Source: Eledone cirrhosa
Lineage: Eukaryota
Direction: 5' to 3'
NCBI GenBank assembly: GCA_964016885.1
Contig: OZ024743.1
Coordinates: 329,530,001 to 329,594,000, forward strand
DNA length: 64,000 nucleotides
The notes under the pieces are model-generated. The model was not told the DNA's origin. It did not search any database and was given only the letters and a program-made list of their open reading frames with translations. Within the stretch, counting starts at the first letter, position 1. Every line of letters starts with the position of its first letter. This document shows, piece by piece, positions 12,847 through 26,435 of this stretch. The position numbers and the translations under genes are program-made.

Positions 12847-14112
12847 GTATCTCTCTATATAGCTAGATATCTCTCTATATACCTAGATATCTCCCTATGT
12901 AGCTAGATATCTCCCTATGTAGCTAGATATCTCCCTATGTAGCTAGATATCTCTCTATGTAGCTAGATATCTCTCTATGTAGCTAGATATCTCCCTATAT
13001 ACCTAGATATCTCCCTATGTAGCTAGATATCTCTCTATATAGCTAGATATCTCTCTCTGTAGCTAGATATCTCTCTATGTAGCTAGATATCTCTCTATAT
13101 ACCTAGATATCTCTCTATATAGCTAGATATCTCTCTATGTAGCTAGATATCTCTCTATGTAGGTAGATAGCTCTCTATATACCTAGATATCTCTCTATAT
13201 AGCTAGATATCTCTCTATGTAGCTAGATATCTCCCTATGTAGCTAGATATCTCTCTATATAGCTAGATATCTCTCTATATACCTAGATATCTCCCTATGT
13301 AGCTCTCTATATAGCTAGATATCTCTCTATGTAGCTAGATATCTCTCTATATACCTAGATATCTCCCTATGTAGCTAGATATCTCTCTATATAGCTAGAT
13401 ATCTCTCTATGTAGCTAGATATCTCTCTATGTAGCTAGATATCTCTCTATATAGCTAGATATCTCTCTCTATAGCTAGATATCTCCCTATGTAGCTAGAT
13501 ATCTCTCTATATACCTAGATATCTCTCTATATAGCTAGATATCTCTCTATATACCTAGATATCTCTCTCTATAGCTAGATATCTCCCTATGTAGCTAGAT
13601 ATCTCTCTATATACCTAGATATCTCTCTATGTAGCTAGATATCTCTCTATATACCTAGATATCTCTCTATATAGCTAGATATCTCTCTATGTAGCTAGAT
13701 ATCTCTCTATATAGCTAGATATCTCTCTATGTAGCTAGATATCTCTCTATATAGCTAGATATCTCTCTATGTAGCTAGATATCTCTCTATGTAGCTAGAT
13801 ATCTCCCTATGTAGCTAGATATCTCTCTATATAGCTAGATATCTCTCTATGTAGATAGATATCTCTATATATAGCTAGATATCTCTCTATGTAGCTAGAT
13901 ATCTCTCTATGTAGGTAGATATCTCTCTATATAGCTAGATATCTCTCTATATAGCTCGATATCTCTCTATGTAGCTAGATATCTCTCTATGTAGCTAGAT
14001 ATCTCTCTTTATAGCTAGATATCTCTCTCTATAGCTAGATATCTCTCTCTATAGCTAGATATCTCTCTATGTAGCTAGATATCTCTCTATATAGCTAGAT
14101 ATCTCTATAGCT
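12847..14112. repeat. 20-bp minisatellite (AGCTAGATATCTCTCTATRT)n, about 63 units
   Basis: Exact 20-nt periodicity is visible in the 60-column layout. Confidence 0.97.
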
Positions 14113-14433
14113 CTCTCTCTCTCTTCTCTCTAGCGAGACATCTCTCTACTAAATAGTCCATATCAATCATTTCATCCTTCAATTCTTAGTTTCTGTTTAC
14201 CAATCACAATTTCCCTCCTTACTTCTCTCCTCTTCACTCTTTTCCTCACTTCCTCTCTATCAATCTCCACCCTCTCTCTATCACTCTCCACCCCTACCTC
14301 TATCACTCTCCATCCCTCCCTCTTCCAACGTTACCTTCCTTCAATATTCATGTTTATTTCATCCTGTTTATCCGCTTTCACTGTCATTCCATCTTTCATC
14401 ATTCCTCAACAGCTTTTTCTTCGTCACTCAATC

Positions 14434-14585
<152 letters not shown>

Positions 14586-14614
14586 AACACACAACACATG
14601 CACACAAATGAATA

Positions 14615-14725
14615 CGGATTGGCTCAAAAGTCAGACCATTTTAAAATATAACTTTTTATACGTTTAATTTTTCAATTAAAAAGAGTTATATTTTGAAATG
14701 GTCTAATGACTTTTGGACCACCCCG
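14615..14725. mobile_element. Tc1/mariner-type MITE, about 111 bp
   Basis: Imperfect TIRs CGGATTGGCTCAAAAGTCAGACCATTTTAAAATATAACT / AGTTATATTTTGAAATGGTCTAATGACTTTTGGACCACCCCG with TA on both sides (14613-14614, 14726-14727). Confidence 0.75.
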
Positions 14726-14777
14726 TATACGATATATATACATACGATATACATACATACGATATACATACATACAT

Positions 14778-17700
14778 GATGGCTGCAAACTCTGCCAAGT
14801 GTATTGCAATCGCTTGTCAGATTCAGATGTGGGACGCTCGGATATGGCTTTTCAAGCCTACTAGAGACTTGCACTCTTCACACACTGACGACAACTATGG
14901 ATCTCCCTGGCTTGAGGTCCTGCATTAGGTTGCCCGTCAACCCTCACAACACCATGGCAAATGACTCACTTGCCTTACTAACACGCAGGCCAACTTCTGC
15001 AACCAGAAAGCAGGTCACGCTCAGAGTGCTCCCTAAATACACAGATGTGTCAGCAGCCTTCAGCTTTTGAACGTATACGTGTATGGAGGGTTCATTGAAA
15101 ACTTTATCCGGAGCAGGTTGGTACATGACGACAGTCTTCTTCAGACTGATTGTCAGTCCCAAAGCACTGCACGCATTGGAAAAAGAATCCATAAGGTGTT
15201 GCATGTCACTCTGGGAATGTGCAAAGAGATCACAATCATCTGCATATAAAAATTCTCTAACCAAGGTACTCACTACCTAGTGCTGGCAGTGAGACGCCTA
15301 AGGTTAAACAGCTTGCCGGAAGTGCGATATCTGGGATAGATACCGTGTTGACAATCCTTGAAGGCCATGAAGAACACCATCGCGAAATACAAGGCAAACA
15401 AAGTTGGTGCAGGTATATCACCCTGCTTGACACCATTTTAAACCGAGATTGGCTCAGACAGTTCACCTCCAACATTCACTCATGCCTGCATGTCATCGTG
15501 GAAGAGTTTCAGAATGTTCACAAACTTTTCAGGACAGCTCAATCAATCTCTCCTAAATAACCCACAAAGCCTTCCGATTAACGGTGTCAACTGCCTTGGT
15601 CAGATCGGCAAAAACTTGGTATAAGTCCTTGCACTGCTCCATGCATTTCTCTTGAAGTTGTTTGGTCGAGAAGATCATGTCAACAGTGCCTCTGTCATTC
15701 CTAAAGTCACATTGGGACTCAGGAAGTACCTCAACAGCAATGTGCTGTATCAATCTGTCCAACAATATCCTGCACAAGATCGTCCCAGCCACAGATAGCA
15801 GTGAAATACCTCTGTATTGGCACATTCATCTTTTGCTCCCTTTCCTTTGTAGAGTACCACCATCAATGCATCTCTCCAATGGCACATATTCCTCATTCCA
15901 AACATTCACAAAGAGATCAGTGAGGCGGTTTAAGAAGTTATCACCAGCACACTTGAACATTTTGGCACTCAGTCCATCCATTCCAGGTGACTTGCCGCTG
16001 TTTAATTTGGCAATGGCATTCGCCACCTCATCAAATGAAAGAGGATCAGCCATTGCCAGCTTTGTAGGTCTGGATGGAATCGACCAGATGCACTCATCAT
16101 CAATTTCTGATGGTCTGTTGAGAAGCTCATCAAAGTGGTCATGCCACCTGATCAGGATTTCCTTCGGATTTCTGAGCAATTCATTGCCGTCCCCGGAGCG
16201 AAGTGGTGATATTTGTGAACCGGTCGGACCATACACCTCCCTGAGCAGACTGTATAGGAGCTTTGTATCATGTCTATCTGAGACCTTCTGGATTTCATCA
16301 GCCTTTTGGCTCCACTAGGTATCCTGCATGGCTCTCAATCGATGTTGCACACGTGCCTTGGTCTGCCTGAAGGTCCGGTCACTCCCGTCAGAACGTGTCT
16401 CACACAACAATGATGTCAGCACTTTTTGTTTCTCTTCAATCAAGGTCTGGATCACTGGATCATTTTCATCGAACCAGTCTTTATGCTTTCTATTGGTATG
16501 ACCCAAAACTCCAGCACTAACATCATAGACGGTTTTCTTCAATGATTCCCAAGTGTTTTCACATTCCATGGACCCAAGGGACCTCGACAGCTCAGCTCTG
16601 ACTTTCTCTGTTTTCAGACGAACCACATTTAGTTGTTTTGGAAGTGCAACCGTCTTCCCTCTTACTTTGGGCTTCACAACAAATTGAAACTTGGCGCGCA
16701 CCAGACAATGATCATTCCAACATTCCGCGCCTCACAATACACGAACCAATACACGAACCAATGTGATATCCCTGATATCACATTGGTTCGTGTTTTCTCG
16801 TTAAAACGAAGTCAAAAAGGTGGAACCTGGATGCATCCTAGTTGTCTCATATTTGTCTTTCTGCTGAAAGAGCGTGTTCCCAACAACAAGATCCATCTCA
16901 GTGCACATCTGAAACAGAAGTAGGCCATTGTTATTGCCCTTACCTACTCCATGTTTGCCCATCACACTCCAAGCTTCCCAGTCATTACCAATACATGCAT
17001 TAAAATCACCAAGGATGACAATCTTGTCTGCATAAGGTATACCATGGATGACCTCTCTCAAAGACATGTAGAAACTTAGTTTTTCATCATCACTAGCACA
17101 CAAAGTAGGAGCGTACACACCGACCAGAGTCACAAACCCGTTTTGAATCAGAGGGACTCTCATGGACATTATCTGATCATTGATTCCACAAGGAAGATTT
17201 TACAGCTTTGAGACGATTCCATTCCTGACTGCAAATGCGACCCCTGTGTCTCTCCTACAACCCTCTGCTCCACCACTCCAATAGAAGGTATATCCTCCCT
17301 TCTGTTCTGTGAATTGACCCTCACCTGCCAATCTCGTTTCTGAAAGAGCAGCGATGTCCATGTTATAGCAATCGAGTTCCCTCGACATCAAAGCAGCTCT
17401 TCTTTCAGGGTGAGTTTTATTAGACTGGGAATCCAGTAAAGTTTTTACATTCCAACATCCAATATTCAGAGGTTTGAACCTCCTTGCAGTTGTAGGATGA
17501 CGATCGGGCCCACGTTGCGGTGCTATGGTACACCTGCCGGGCCAGACCCCTTCACAATAAGTTCCAGAGCCCTTACTGCCATTGACCTCAAGGTTATCAT
17601 CTGTCATCATAGAGCTCGGTGCACTTTTAGGCTACGGTCAGCCACACGAACCTGTAACAGATCCTGAACAAGCGATGCCTGTGCTTTGAAGGTTTTTTTT

Positions 17701-18101
17701 TAAGTGGGGAAAGGCCTTGCACGCGACCAACCCCACTCTCTGAGCATCGAAAACACTACCCGAAAAGGAGAACTGGTCAACATCATCCGATGCTTCCAAA
17801 ACCGCAGGTTTTTTTTAGAGTTTTTTTCAGAGTTTCCCTCTCCTTGAAAGGTGTTGTGACAACAGACAAGAGGCCTTTCACTCCCAGGTACAAAAAAAAA
17901 AAAGTACTATTTGGATGGCCGTTGACTCTGCTGAATTCCTCCGCCCTTTGCCGGGTCTTGTATTTCATCCCGCAGGGAGTCCAAATATCACCCTCCTCAC
18001 CAAGCTTGCTTGGTGGGGTTGCCGGTTTAGTCGCCGACGACCCGACCATGAGACAGGTAGTACTGGGTGACATGTTACCAGTAGCACTCGAGAGCAACCT
18101 G
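14778..18101 (-). mobile_element. RTE-clade LINE (BovB-like), near full length, degenerate
   Basis: APE motifs IGCWNVKTL, DIAALSETR, VYAPT, ILGDFNA; WFDEND; RT motifs KSPGMDGL, YRGISLLSVAG, PESQCDFR, DLTKAVDTVNR, LYADD; (CATA)n on both sides. Confidence 0.92.
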
Positions 18102-18524
18102 ACACATACATACATGCATACATACATACATACATACATACATACATACATACATACATACATACATACATACATACATACATACATACATACATACATA
18201 CATACATACATACATGGTGGCTGCCAACTCGTATTCGAGTACGGCCATTACTTTATATCCATGTAGTGTAGGAGAACGCCTACCGATGCGCTGAACGAGT
18301 GTGACTTTTTAGTCCAGCCAGCGACTTGAAAACTTTGGTACAAACACTACACTTGTGACAATTATTGACACATAGTGCTGGGCCCATGGTATCATGTGAC
18401 GACAAGTGCAGAGAGATCTCCAGATATAAAGCAATGCCTGTGCCGTGAAGCTTTTATAGTGAGCAAAGGCACTGCACAAAGCCAGTCCCACTCTCTACAT
18501 ACATACATACATACATACATACAT

Positions 18525-18599
<75 letters not shown>

Positions 18600-18740
18600 A
18601 CGAAGGAGGTGTGGTAAGGAACCAGATGGACCATAACGCACCAGAGTACTCAATACTTACGGTAGTAGAGTGGGTAATAGGAAACAGTTTAACCCCCGAC
18701 GGCAGAGCTCAAGCCGTTTCGACGGCTATTTCTGGACTGC
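18600..18740 (-). mobile_element. PLE-type terminal fragment with 3' half of a hammerhead
   Basis: Minus strand GTCGAAACGGCTTGAGCTCTGCCGTC followed by TATTACCCACTCTACTACCGTAAGTATTGAGTACTCTGG; homologous to 5711-5840. Confidence 0.6.
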
Positions 18741-18871
18741 ATATAGATAGATTATTGTATTTTCTAAATGATATAACGTGAGTGAAACAAACATTTCAAG
18801 CCCGCCGGAAGTGTTGGCTGGAAGCGAGCTAACTCTAAATACTTTTGCTGTTGTTATTGGTTACTAGAAAA

Positions 18872-18995
18872 CTGGTTTCTGATTTAGACACAAGATCAAC
18901 AATTTTGGGAGACGGTTGGATTTGAACTTAGATTGAAAAGGAACGTAACTATGCTGCAAAGCATGTTGCCCTATGCTCTACCGATTACTGCCAAA
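18872..18995 (-). mobile_element. SINE family A copy, internally deleted
   Basis: Has 5' head and 3' end but lacks the central core. Confidence 0.7.
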
Positions 18996-19379
18996 CAACC
19001 TAGAATAATACAATTCAAAATGATTGGATATATAGTAAGAAGAAAGTAAATAAGAATAAATATGTAATTAAATATATAAATTTGATTACAACATGGAAGG
19101 TAGGAGGCTGAATTATGTGCAAGAATTGCAGGGGCTAGTGCAGTAATGCGACATTCTATGTGAAGACGTTGGAATTCCTGAGGTTTTCTTGAACTTCGTA
19201 ATTCTCACCCCATCTACTACCGGCATTTCAGTCAACCACGCTACCCATTTTTTAATACCGTCTCATATTTTATGTTAGTGGTCAGTTATTATATAACTGC
19301 TAGCGTTTGTTTGGTCACCAGTCATATACTCAACTATATTTACGTGCACCTCATTGTGAACGCAGCACAGTAATATGGC

Positions 19380-19859
19380 CGAATGGTTAAGAAGTGGCGA
19401 TCGTTGACTGACTGTTCGACTGATTGCAAGTGAACTGGGTATAAACGGCGACAGCGTTTGGAAGATTATCACAGAAGATTTGGACATGCGAAAGATCTGT
19501 GCGAAGATGGTGCCGAAGTTGTTGAATGATGAGCAGAAGGAATGGCGCATACAGGTGTGTCAGGACATCTTCGAGAGTCTTCAGCCTGTGCCAGATTTGC
19601 TGGGTAGAGGCATCACTGGTGATGAGGTATGGATCTTCAAGTACGTTCCGTTTACCAGACGTGGGAGCCATCAAGAGGGCCATGACAAAGTAGATGGGGA
19701 GAATCCCTGGGGAATCCTTCCAGGAATTAATGGAGGCGTGGCGGAGAAGGATGGGAACATGCGTTAGACTCGAGGGGATTATTTCAAAGGGGAAAACTTG
19801 AAGTTTGTATTTGAAATATTTCTTTGCGACCCCAGGCCTATCTGTTTTCTGACACACCT

Positions 19860-19860
<1 letters not shown>
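19380..19860 (+). mobile_element. Mariner-family transposase remnant with right TIR
   Basis: LTVRLIASELG..SVWKIITEDLDMRKICAKMVPKLL...ITGDEVWI (HTH, WVP-like linker, first catalytic D); internal deletion near 19645; ends TTTTCTGACACACCT. Confidence 0.85.
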
Positions 19861-19920
<60 letters not shown>

Positions 19921-20527
19921 ATTATATGGAGAAGTATTCTCTACGCCATGTTTGTCTAATTACTTACTCAATGAAACAAGATTTATATGCATTAAACACG
20001 TAAATATCTACTCAAAGTGCTTACCATAGGTGTCAAACAGCATGTCTGTAAAACTGTTTGTCTGCCTGTCCGTGTGTTGTTTGGCCGCCTGCTTGCCTAT
20101 CAGAACAGTCAATCAGTTTTCTATAATTGTAATGAGTGGAATTGAACACTTTCCCAGACAATGGTTTCCACATCATAGACTGAATTACGTAAGTGCATTA
20201 GCAACATGCTCTTCATGCGGACCATCAACTATATTGCTTTATCAACGGGGAACTCTCAACATTTTAGCTAAGGGCCATTGTAGCAGAATGTCTACTTAAT
20301 GTCACAAAGTTCTGCTATATTCTAGTGAACGGAGCAAGGCCGTTATGTAACATCACAACTATAGAATTATTAGCCGTACGGGATTCTGCTAAGACTGGTA
20401 AATTCAAAATAAAAAAAATATTTAGAATTCGTGGCTTGTTAGATCTCAGCCAATTAAAAGAAAATAATAAAAATCAGAATTGTAAGGAAATACGGAGGTA
20501 ACTGAATTATGAAAATACATTTACTCA

Positions 20528-20830
20528 CAGGCGTACTCGGAACCCATACTGCCGAGCTCCCCCGCATGATCGGAACGTCAGAAGCCAGTCTGAAGAAGGA
20601 GCTCTGCGAGTTGGGGTGGTTCTTGCAGCATGTCTCGCTGGCCATTGTTAGTGGAAATGCGTTTGTGGTCTTGTCTGCGAGGCGCAGCCTCAACACCGCA
20701 GCGCCCTAGACCCAGAGCCCATCCACTCCAACTTCTCTCTCCTCTTCTGTAGCCCTAGAGTCCTTGCTTTCTTCTCTCCCTTTCCTCTCATTTATGGCTT
20801 TCATAGTCCTTTCTTTTACCTTCCCATGCA
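20528..20830 (+). mobile_element. 3' fragment of a CRE-like retrotransposon
   Basis: GVLG...ELGWFLQHVSLAIVSGNAFVVLSA, homologous to the 23103-23384 peptide. Confidence 0.65.
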
Positions 20831-21059
20831 GCCAGAACTGCCCTTCCTTACCCCTTTCAGAAAGGTATACCGTAATATGAATCTGTATGCTGTTTATATT
20901 TAAACAAGATTATATGGAGTATTATCTACTCGTCTCGTTACTCGCTCAATGAGACATCATTTAAATGTATTAAACAGGTAAATCTTTACTCAGAGTATTT
21001 GTAACGAGTGGAATTGTACATTTTTACGGACCAAGGTGTCCACAACATAGATATATATT

Positions 21060-21860
21060 TATATGGTAGTGGTTATGAACGAAAGAGCAATCAACACACC
21101 ATGAGTAAGTTGAGTATTTATATTAACAGTTAGACTTATATCAGAGCTATCGGCTGCTTCAAGACGAAAACACGTATAAATGATCAGGAACTCCAGTGCA
21201 TGGCTCCGTAAGAATATGGTATACCAATGTAGGGTTACTACCAACAGCTCGACACCGACCACATTTAAGGACCACTGGTATAACCACTGCCACACCTTTA
21301 AAAGGGAGACACGCAAATGTATGGCCCTCTCCGAGCTAATACAGAAGCTCAAGTTATATGGAATGCAGAATTCACTAAAATGGTCTAAGGTCCACGGGGT
21401 GCCCCTTGGCCGTGGTCAGTCCTCTGTATGCAATCTTTGTCTAAGTGAAATCCTTGAAAACCTTAAGAGTTGACCACAACTGAGTAACAGAAGGGCAGAC
21501 TTCTTCGGTGCTTGTCTACACCTGAAATCGGGAACTTTCATCAAGCCATATGGAAAATAATTCTAAATAGCCTCAGTAACTTATAACCCTTACCCCACGT
21601 AAGTATTATAGACTAGGAACATCTCTGAGTGTCTTACAACCTCACATAAGCCATAATAAGTGATAAACAAAACCACGAGGGGTTACCATTTCACTCACAC
21701 ACTAACCATAAGTATATCACATCACGTTAGACTTATATATATACCCCTAGCTACACTAGACTGTACACTTACTATCATAGATAATAACACCTACTTAACC
21801 TAAGTTACTATACACACTCTACTAACAACTGGCAATGATTATAAAACAGTGTTAACCGGA
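21060..21860 (+). mobile_element. Degenerate Penelope-like 3' fragment (GIY-YIG region plus 3' UTR)
   Basis: KNMVYQCRVTTN..FKDHWYNHCHTFK..LS..I..LK..LKW..CNLCLSE aligns with the GIY-YIG of 31464-32267; the YVG strand is deleted; boundaries approximate. Confidence 0.8.
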
Positions 21861-21895
21861 CATTTTCATATATAGCTATATACTTTATTATTAAA

Positions 21896-22110
21896 GGCGG
21901 TGAATTGGCACAATCGGTAGAGAGTCGGACACCATGCTTTGCAGCATAGAGTTACGGCCCTTTACAGTATGAGTTCAAATCCCACCGAGGTTAACTTTGC
22001 CTTTCATCCTTACGGGGTCGATAAAATAAAGTACCAGTAACGTACTGGGTCGATTTAATCGACTCTCCCCTCCCCGAAAATTGCTGGCCTTGTGCTTATA
22101 TAAGAAACCA
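21896..22110 (+). mobile_element. SINE family A copy (long variant) with 29-bp flanking direct repeat
   Basis: Near-consensus; CATTTTCATATATAGCTATATACTTTATT at 21861-21889 and 22109-22137. Confidence 0.92.
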
Positions 22111-22137
22111 TTTTCATATATAGCTATATACTTTATT

Positions 22138-22320
22138 GTGGATTGGCAGTATCGGTAGAGGATCGGACGCCATGCTTTGCAGCAAAGAGTTACGGCCCTT
22201 TATGGCCTGATTTCAAATCTCGCCGAGGTTAACTTTGCCTTTCATCCTTACGAGGTCGATAAAATAAAGTACCAGTAATGTACTGATAATTGCTGGCCAG
22301 TAGAAACAATTATTATTATT
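22138..22320 (+). mobile_element. SINE family A copy (short variant)
   Basis: Near-consensus with (ATT)n tail. Confidence 0.9.
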
Positions 22321-22404
22321 TACTTCATCTTTCTGTTTTAATTTTTAAATGTTATGAGTGGATTTGTGGTAGTGAACTTGATGAACTACATTGGAATAAT
22401 TGTG

Positions 22405-22492
22405 ATTACTACTACAAAAACCACCACCACCACCGCTAACACCACTACTACTACAAGTACTACTACTACTACTACTACTGCTGCTGCTACTG

Positions 22493-22536
<44 letters not shown>

Positions 22537-22563
22537 GCTGCTGCTACTGCTACTACTACTACT
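22405..22563. repeat. (ACT)n trinucleotide microsatellite
   Basis: Direct inspection. Confidence 0.95.
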
Positions 22564-23119
22564 TAACGTTTCTAATAGGATATTTCATTAAACTTGAAAC
22601 TTAAATAATCGTTCTTGTCAATATTTTATATCATTGTGTATATGTGGAGTGGTAAATACGTATATACATATATATTAGGTCTGAACAAAATGGAATCAAA
22701 TTCCAATTGTCACTGCCTCCGTCTCTCTCACTCTCCCCATCTCTCGCTAGTATAAGTAAATGGGGGCCCATAATCTGGTTCACCTGCGGTCTCGGTGGAC
22801 AGAATAGAGAAGGCGTTTCCCCGGAGGATGGTGAGCGAGACACAATACTAGACAGTTTTGTCGCCAAACAACCCCAAACTAGCAGCGGGGTTTGGAAGCA
22901 CAATGGCATTAATCCCATAAAAATCAAACGAGGAGCAAAATAAGCCCATGCTGTGTAAACATATTCTTCAAAAACATTCTGACCTGTCCTTGAATTAATA
23001 CTGAATTCTAGGGCAAAATAAGATTTTCGGTAACCAAAAATGAATGATGAGGAATAAGAATAAATCAATCAGGTAGAATCAACCTAAACTAGGGATGTTA
23101 GCTTATAGTGTTTTGTAAA

Positions 23120-23390
23120 CCGTATGGTAAGCAAGTAGGGTCCCATGTGCTGGCCTCCCCACAGCCCCGGCGGACAGGATGGAGAAGGTGTTTCCCCGGA
23201 GGATGGTAAGGGAGATGCGCTGGAAGAGCCATTCTAGCTCGCGTGGATCACACCCGTGGCTGGCTAGCTCAGCGCCTATGGTGGTGAATAGGGAGGTAGC
23301 CCTAGGACCAAGGACACCAGAAGTCTCCACTGCCAAGGGCACGACCGCGAACCTGTTGGAGAGCGACCGGTACTTGGAATCCATATGTTA
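23120..23390 (-). mobile_element. 3' fragment of a CRE-like (RLE-type) non-LTR retrotransposon
   Basis: KYRSLSNRFAVVPLAVETSGVLG...LFQRISLTILRGN is the characteristic end of a restriction-like endonuclease domain in CRE-type elements. Confidence 0.75.
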
Positions 23391-23544
23391 GCCGGGCCAT
23401 GGACGAGTAACATCAAAACATGCCTGGGGCATATCTCTTACGTAACACATACCATTGAAATATATATAACAGTAACACAGATATAAGATTCAAATAAAAT
23501 GACTCCTTCGTTAAATATATAGAAAACCGGAGAGTGAAAGTGTA

Positions 23545-24188
23545 TGAGTGAGAAAATGAGAGAGAGACGATGAGTGAGTGAGTGAGAGTGAGTGAGTGAG
23601 AGTGGGAGTGAGTGAGAGTGAGTAAGTGTGAGTGACAGTGTGTGAGAGAGAGACAACAAGATTGAGAGAGAGAGAGAAACGGAAAGAGTGAGAGAGTGAG
23701 AGACAGAAAGAAAGATAGAAAGAGAGGCAGAAAGAGAGAGAGACAGAAAGAAAGGCGGAGCGAGAGACAAAAAGAGAGACAAAAGGAGTGAAAGAAAGAG
23801 AAAAAGAGTCAGAAGGAGTGAGAAAGAGAGAGTGAGAAAGAGAGAAAGAGACAGAAAGAGTGAGAGAGAGACAGAAGGTGAGGGAGAGAGTGAAAGAAAG
23901 AAAGACATAACGAGAGATAAAAAGAGAGACAAAAGGAGTGAGAGAGAGAGAAAGAACTGAAAGAGTGAGAAAGATAGATAGAGAGAGAGAGAGGGGAGGA
24001 GAGTGAGAGAGAGAGAGAGAGAGAGTGAGGGAGAGTGAGAGAGACAGAAAGTAAGGGAGAGAGAGAGACAGAAAGTGAGAGAGTGAGAGAGAGACTGAAA
24101 TAGTGAGAGAGAGTGGGGAAGAGTGAGAGGGAAAGAGAGACAGAAAGAGAGAGAGAGAGTGAGAGAGAGACTGACAGAGTGAGAGTGA

Positions 24189-24226
<38 letters not shown>
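23545..24226. repeat. Degenerate (GA)-rich polypurine tract
   Basis: Direct inspection. Confidence 0.9.
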
Positions 24227-24228
<2 letters not shown>

Positions 24229-24304
24229 TATTATATCCTCCATTTCTTCCTATAATAGTGTAGCAAATAGTTTATCGTTTATCTCGTCGTTCCTTCTCTC
24301 TATT

Positions 24305-24960
24305 GTGTATGGAATATCGTCTACCCTTATAGTTTTGTGTGGATATCTTTATCACTGCCTACATGTATGTATGGAATATCGTCTAGCCTTATATCTCTGT
24401 GTGGATATCTTTATCACTCGCTACATGTATGTATGGAATATTGTCTACTCTTATATCTCTATATCTTTATCACTGGCTACATGTATGTATGGAATATTGT
24501 CTACCCTTATATCTCTATATCTTTATCACTGGCTACATGTATGTATGGAATATTGTCTACCCTTATATCTCTATATCTTTATCACTGGCTACATGTATGT
24601 ATGGAATATTGTCTACCCTTATATCTCTATATCTTTATCACTGGCTACATGTATGTATGGAATATCGTCTAGCCTTATATCTCTATATCTTTATCACTGG
24701 CTACATGTATGTATGGAATATTGTCTACTCTTATATCTCTATATCTTTATCACTGGCTACATGTATGTATGGAATATCGTCTAGCCTTATATCTCTATAT
24801 CTTTATCACTGGCTACATGTATGTATGGAATATCGTCTAGCCTTATAGTTTTGTGTGGATATCTTTATCACTGCCTACATGTATGTATGGAATATCGTCT
24901 AGCCTTATATCTCTACGTAGATATCTTTATCACTGGCTACATGTATGTATATATGGAATA
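24305..24960. repeat. 56/62-bp minisatellite, about 11 units
   Basis: Unit ATGTATGTATGGAATATTGTCTACCCTTATATCTCTATATCTTTATCACTGGCTAC; longer units carry GTGTGG; an extra degenerate unit lies near 25070-25125. Confidence 0.95.
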
Positions 24961-25982
24961 TGTGTTTATGTGTGTGTATGTGTACGTATGTGTGTATATG
25001 GGTGTGAATGTGTGTATATGGGTGTGTATGTATGTCTGTATGTATCAGTGTGTGACCCTATTGTGTGTGAAATAGCGTCTAGCCTTATATCTTTCTGTGG
25101 CTATATCTATCACTGGCTACATGTGTCTGTGTATGTCTTTATGTGTGAGTATGTGTACGTATGTGCGTGTATGTAAGTATTTGTGCGCGTGTGTGCAGGT
25201 GGGTGTATATGTGTGTGCGTGTGTATGTATGTGTATGTGTGTGTGTGTGCGCGTGTGTGTATGTGTGTGTATGTGTGTATGTGTATGCATATGTATGTGT
25301 GTGTATATGTGTGTGTGTGTATGTGTATGTATCTGTGTATGCGTATGTATGTGTATGTGTGCGTTTGTGTGTATGCGTATGTATATGTATGTGTGTGTAT
25401 ATATGTGTATGTGTATGTATGTGTATGTATCTGTGTATGCGTATGTATGTGTGTATGTGTGCGTTTGTGTGTATGTGTATTATATGTATGTGTGTGTATA
25501 TATGTGTATGTGTGTGTATGTTTATGTATGAGTGTGTATGTATACATACATATACATACATACATAAACATACATATACATACATATACATACATACACA
25601 TACATATATACATACATATACATATACATACATATACATATACATACATATACATACATACACATACATGCATATACATATACATATATATACATACATA
25701 TACATACATATACATACATATACATATACATACATATACATATGCATACATATACATATGTATATGTATGTATATGTATATGTATGTAGATGTATATGTA
25801 TAGGTATGTATATGTATATGTATATGTATGTATATGTATATGTATGTATATGTATATGTATGTATGTGTATCTGTATGTATGTATATGTATGTATATATG
25901 AATGTGTATGTGTCGTTTTCACGTTAAATATCGTTTGATGTTTTACTCATGTCTTATTAGTTGTAGGTCAAAGTGTGGGATA

Positions 25983-26053
<71 letters not shown>

Positions 26054-26202
26054 CACACACACACATACATTTATATATATATATACATATTAATATACAC
26101 ACACATATATCTATATACAAACACACACATATTTTTATATATATATATATATATATATACTCACACACACACATATATATATATATATATACATATTAAT
26201 AT

Positions 26203-26263
<61 letters not shown>

Positions 26264-26345
26264 CAAACAAACACACACATATACTTATACTCACACACAC
26301 ATACTCACATATATATATACACACACATACACCCACCCACCCAAA

Positions 26346-26385
<40 letters not shown>

Positions 26386-26386
26386 G

Positions 26387-26432
<46 letters not shown>
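24960..26432. repeat. Compound RY microsatellite field (TG/TA/CA)
   Basis: Direct inspection; includes mirror-oriented TATG and CATA blocks. Confidence 0.93.

Positions 26433-26435
<3 letters not shown>

Noticed and set aside
21465-21480. In-frame TGA in the GIY-YIG fragment as possible selenocysteine
   Set aside because: It does not align to a conserved Cys of the 31464-32267 protein, the fragment is otherwise decayed, and no SECIS could be identified by eye.
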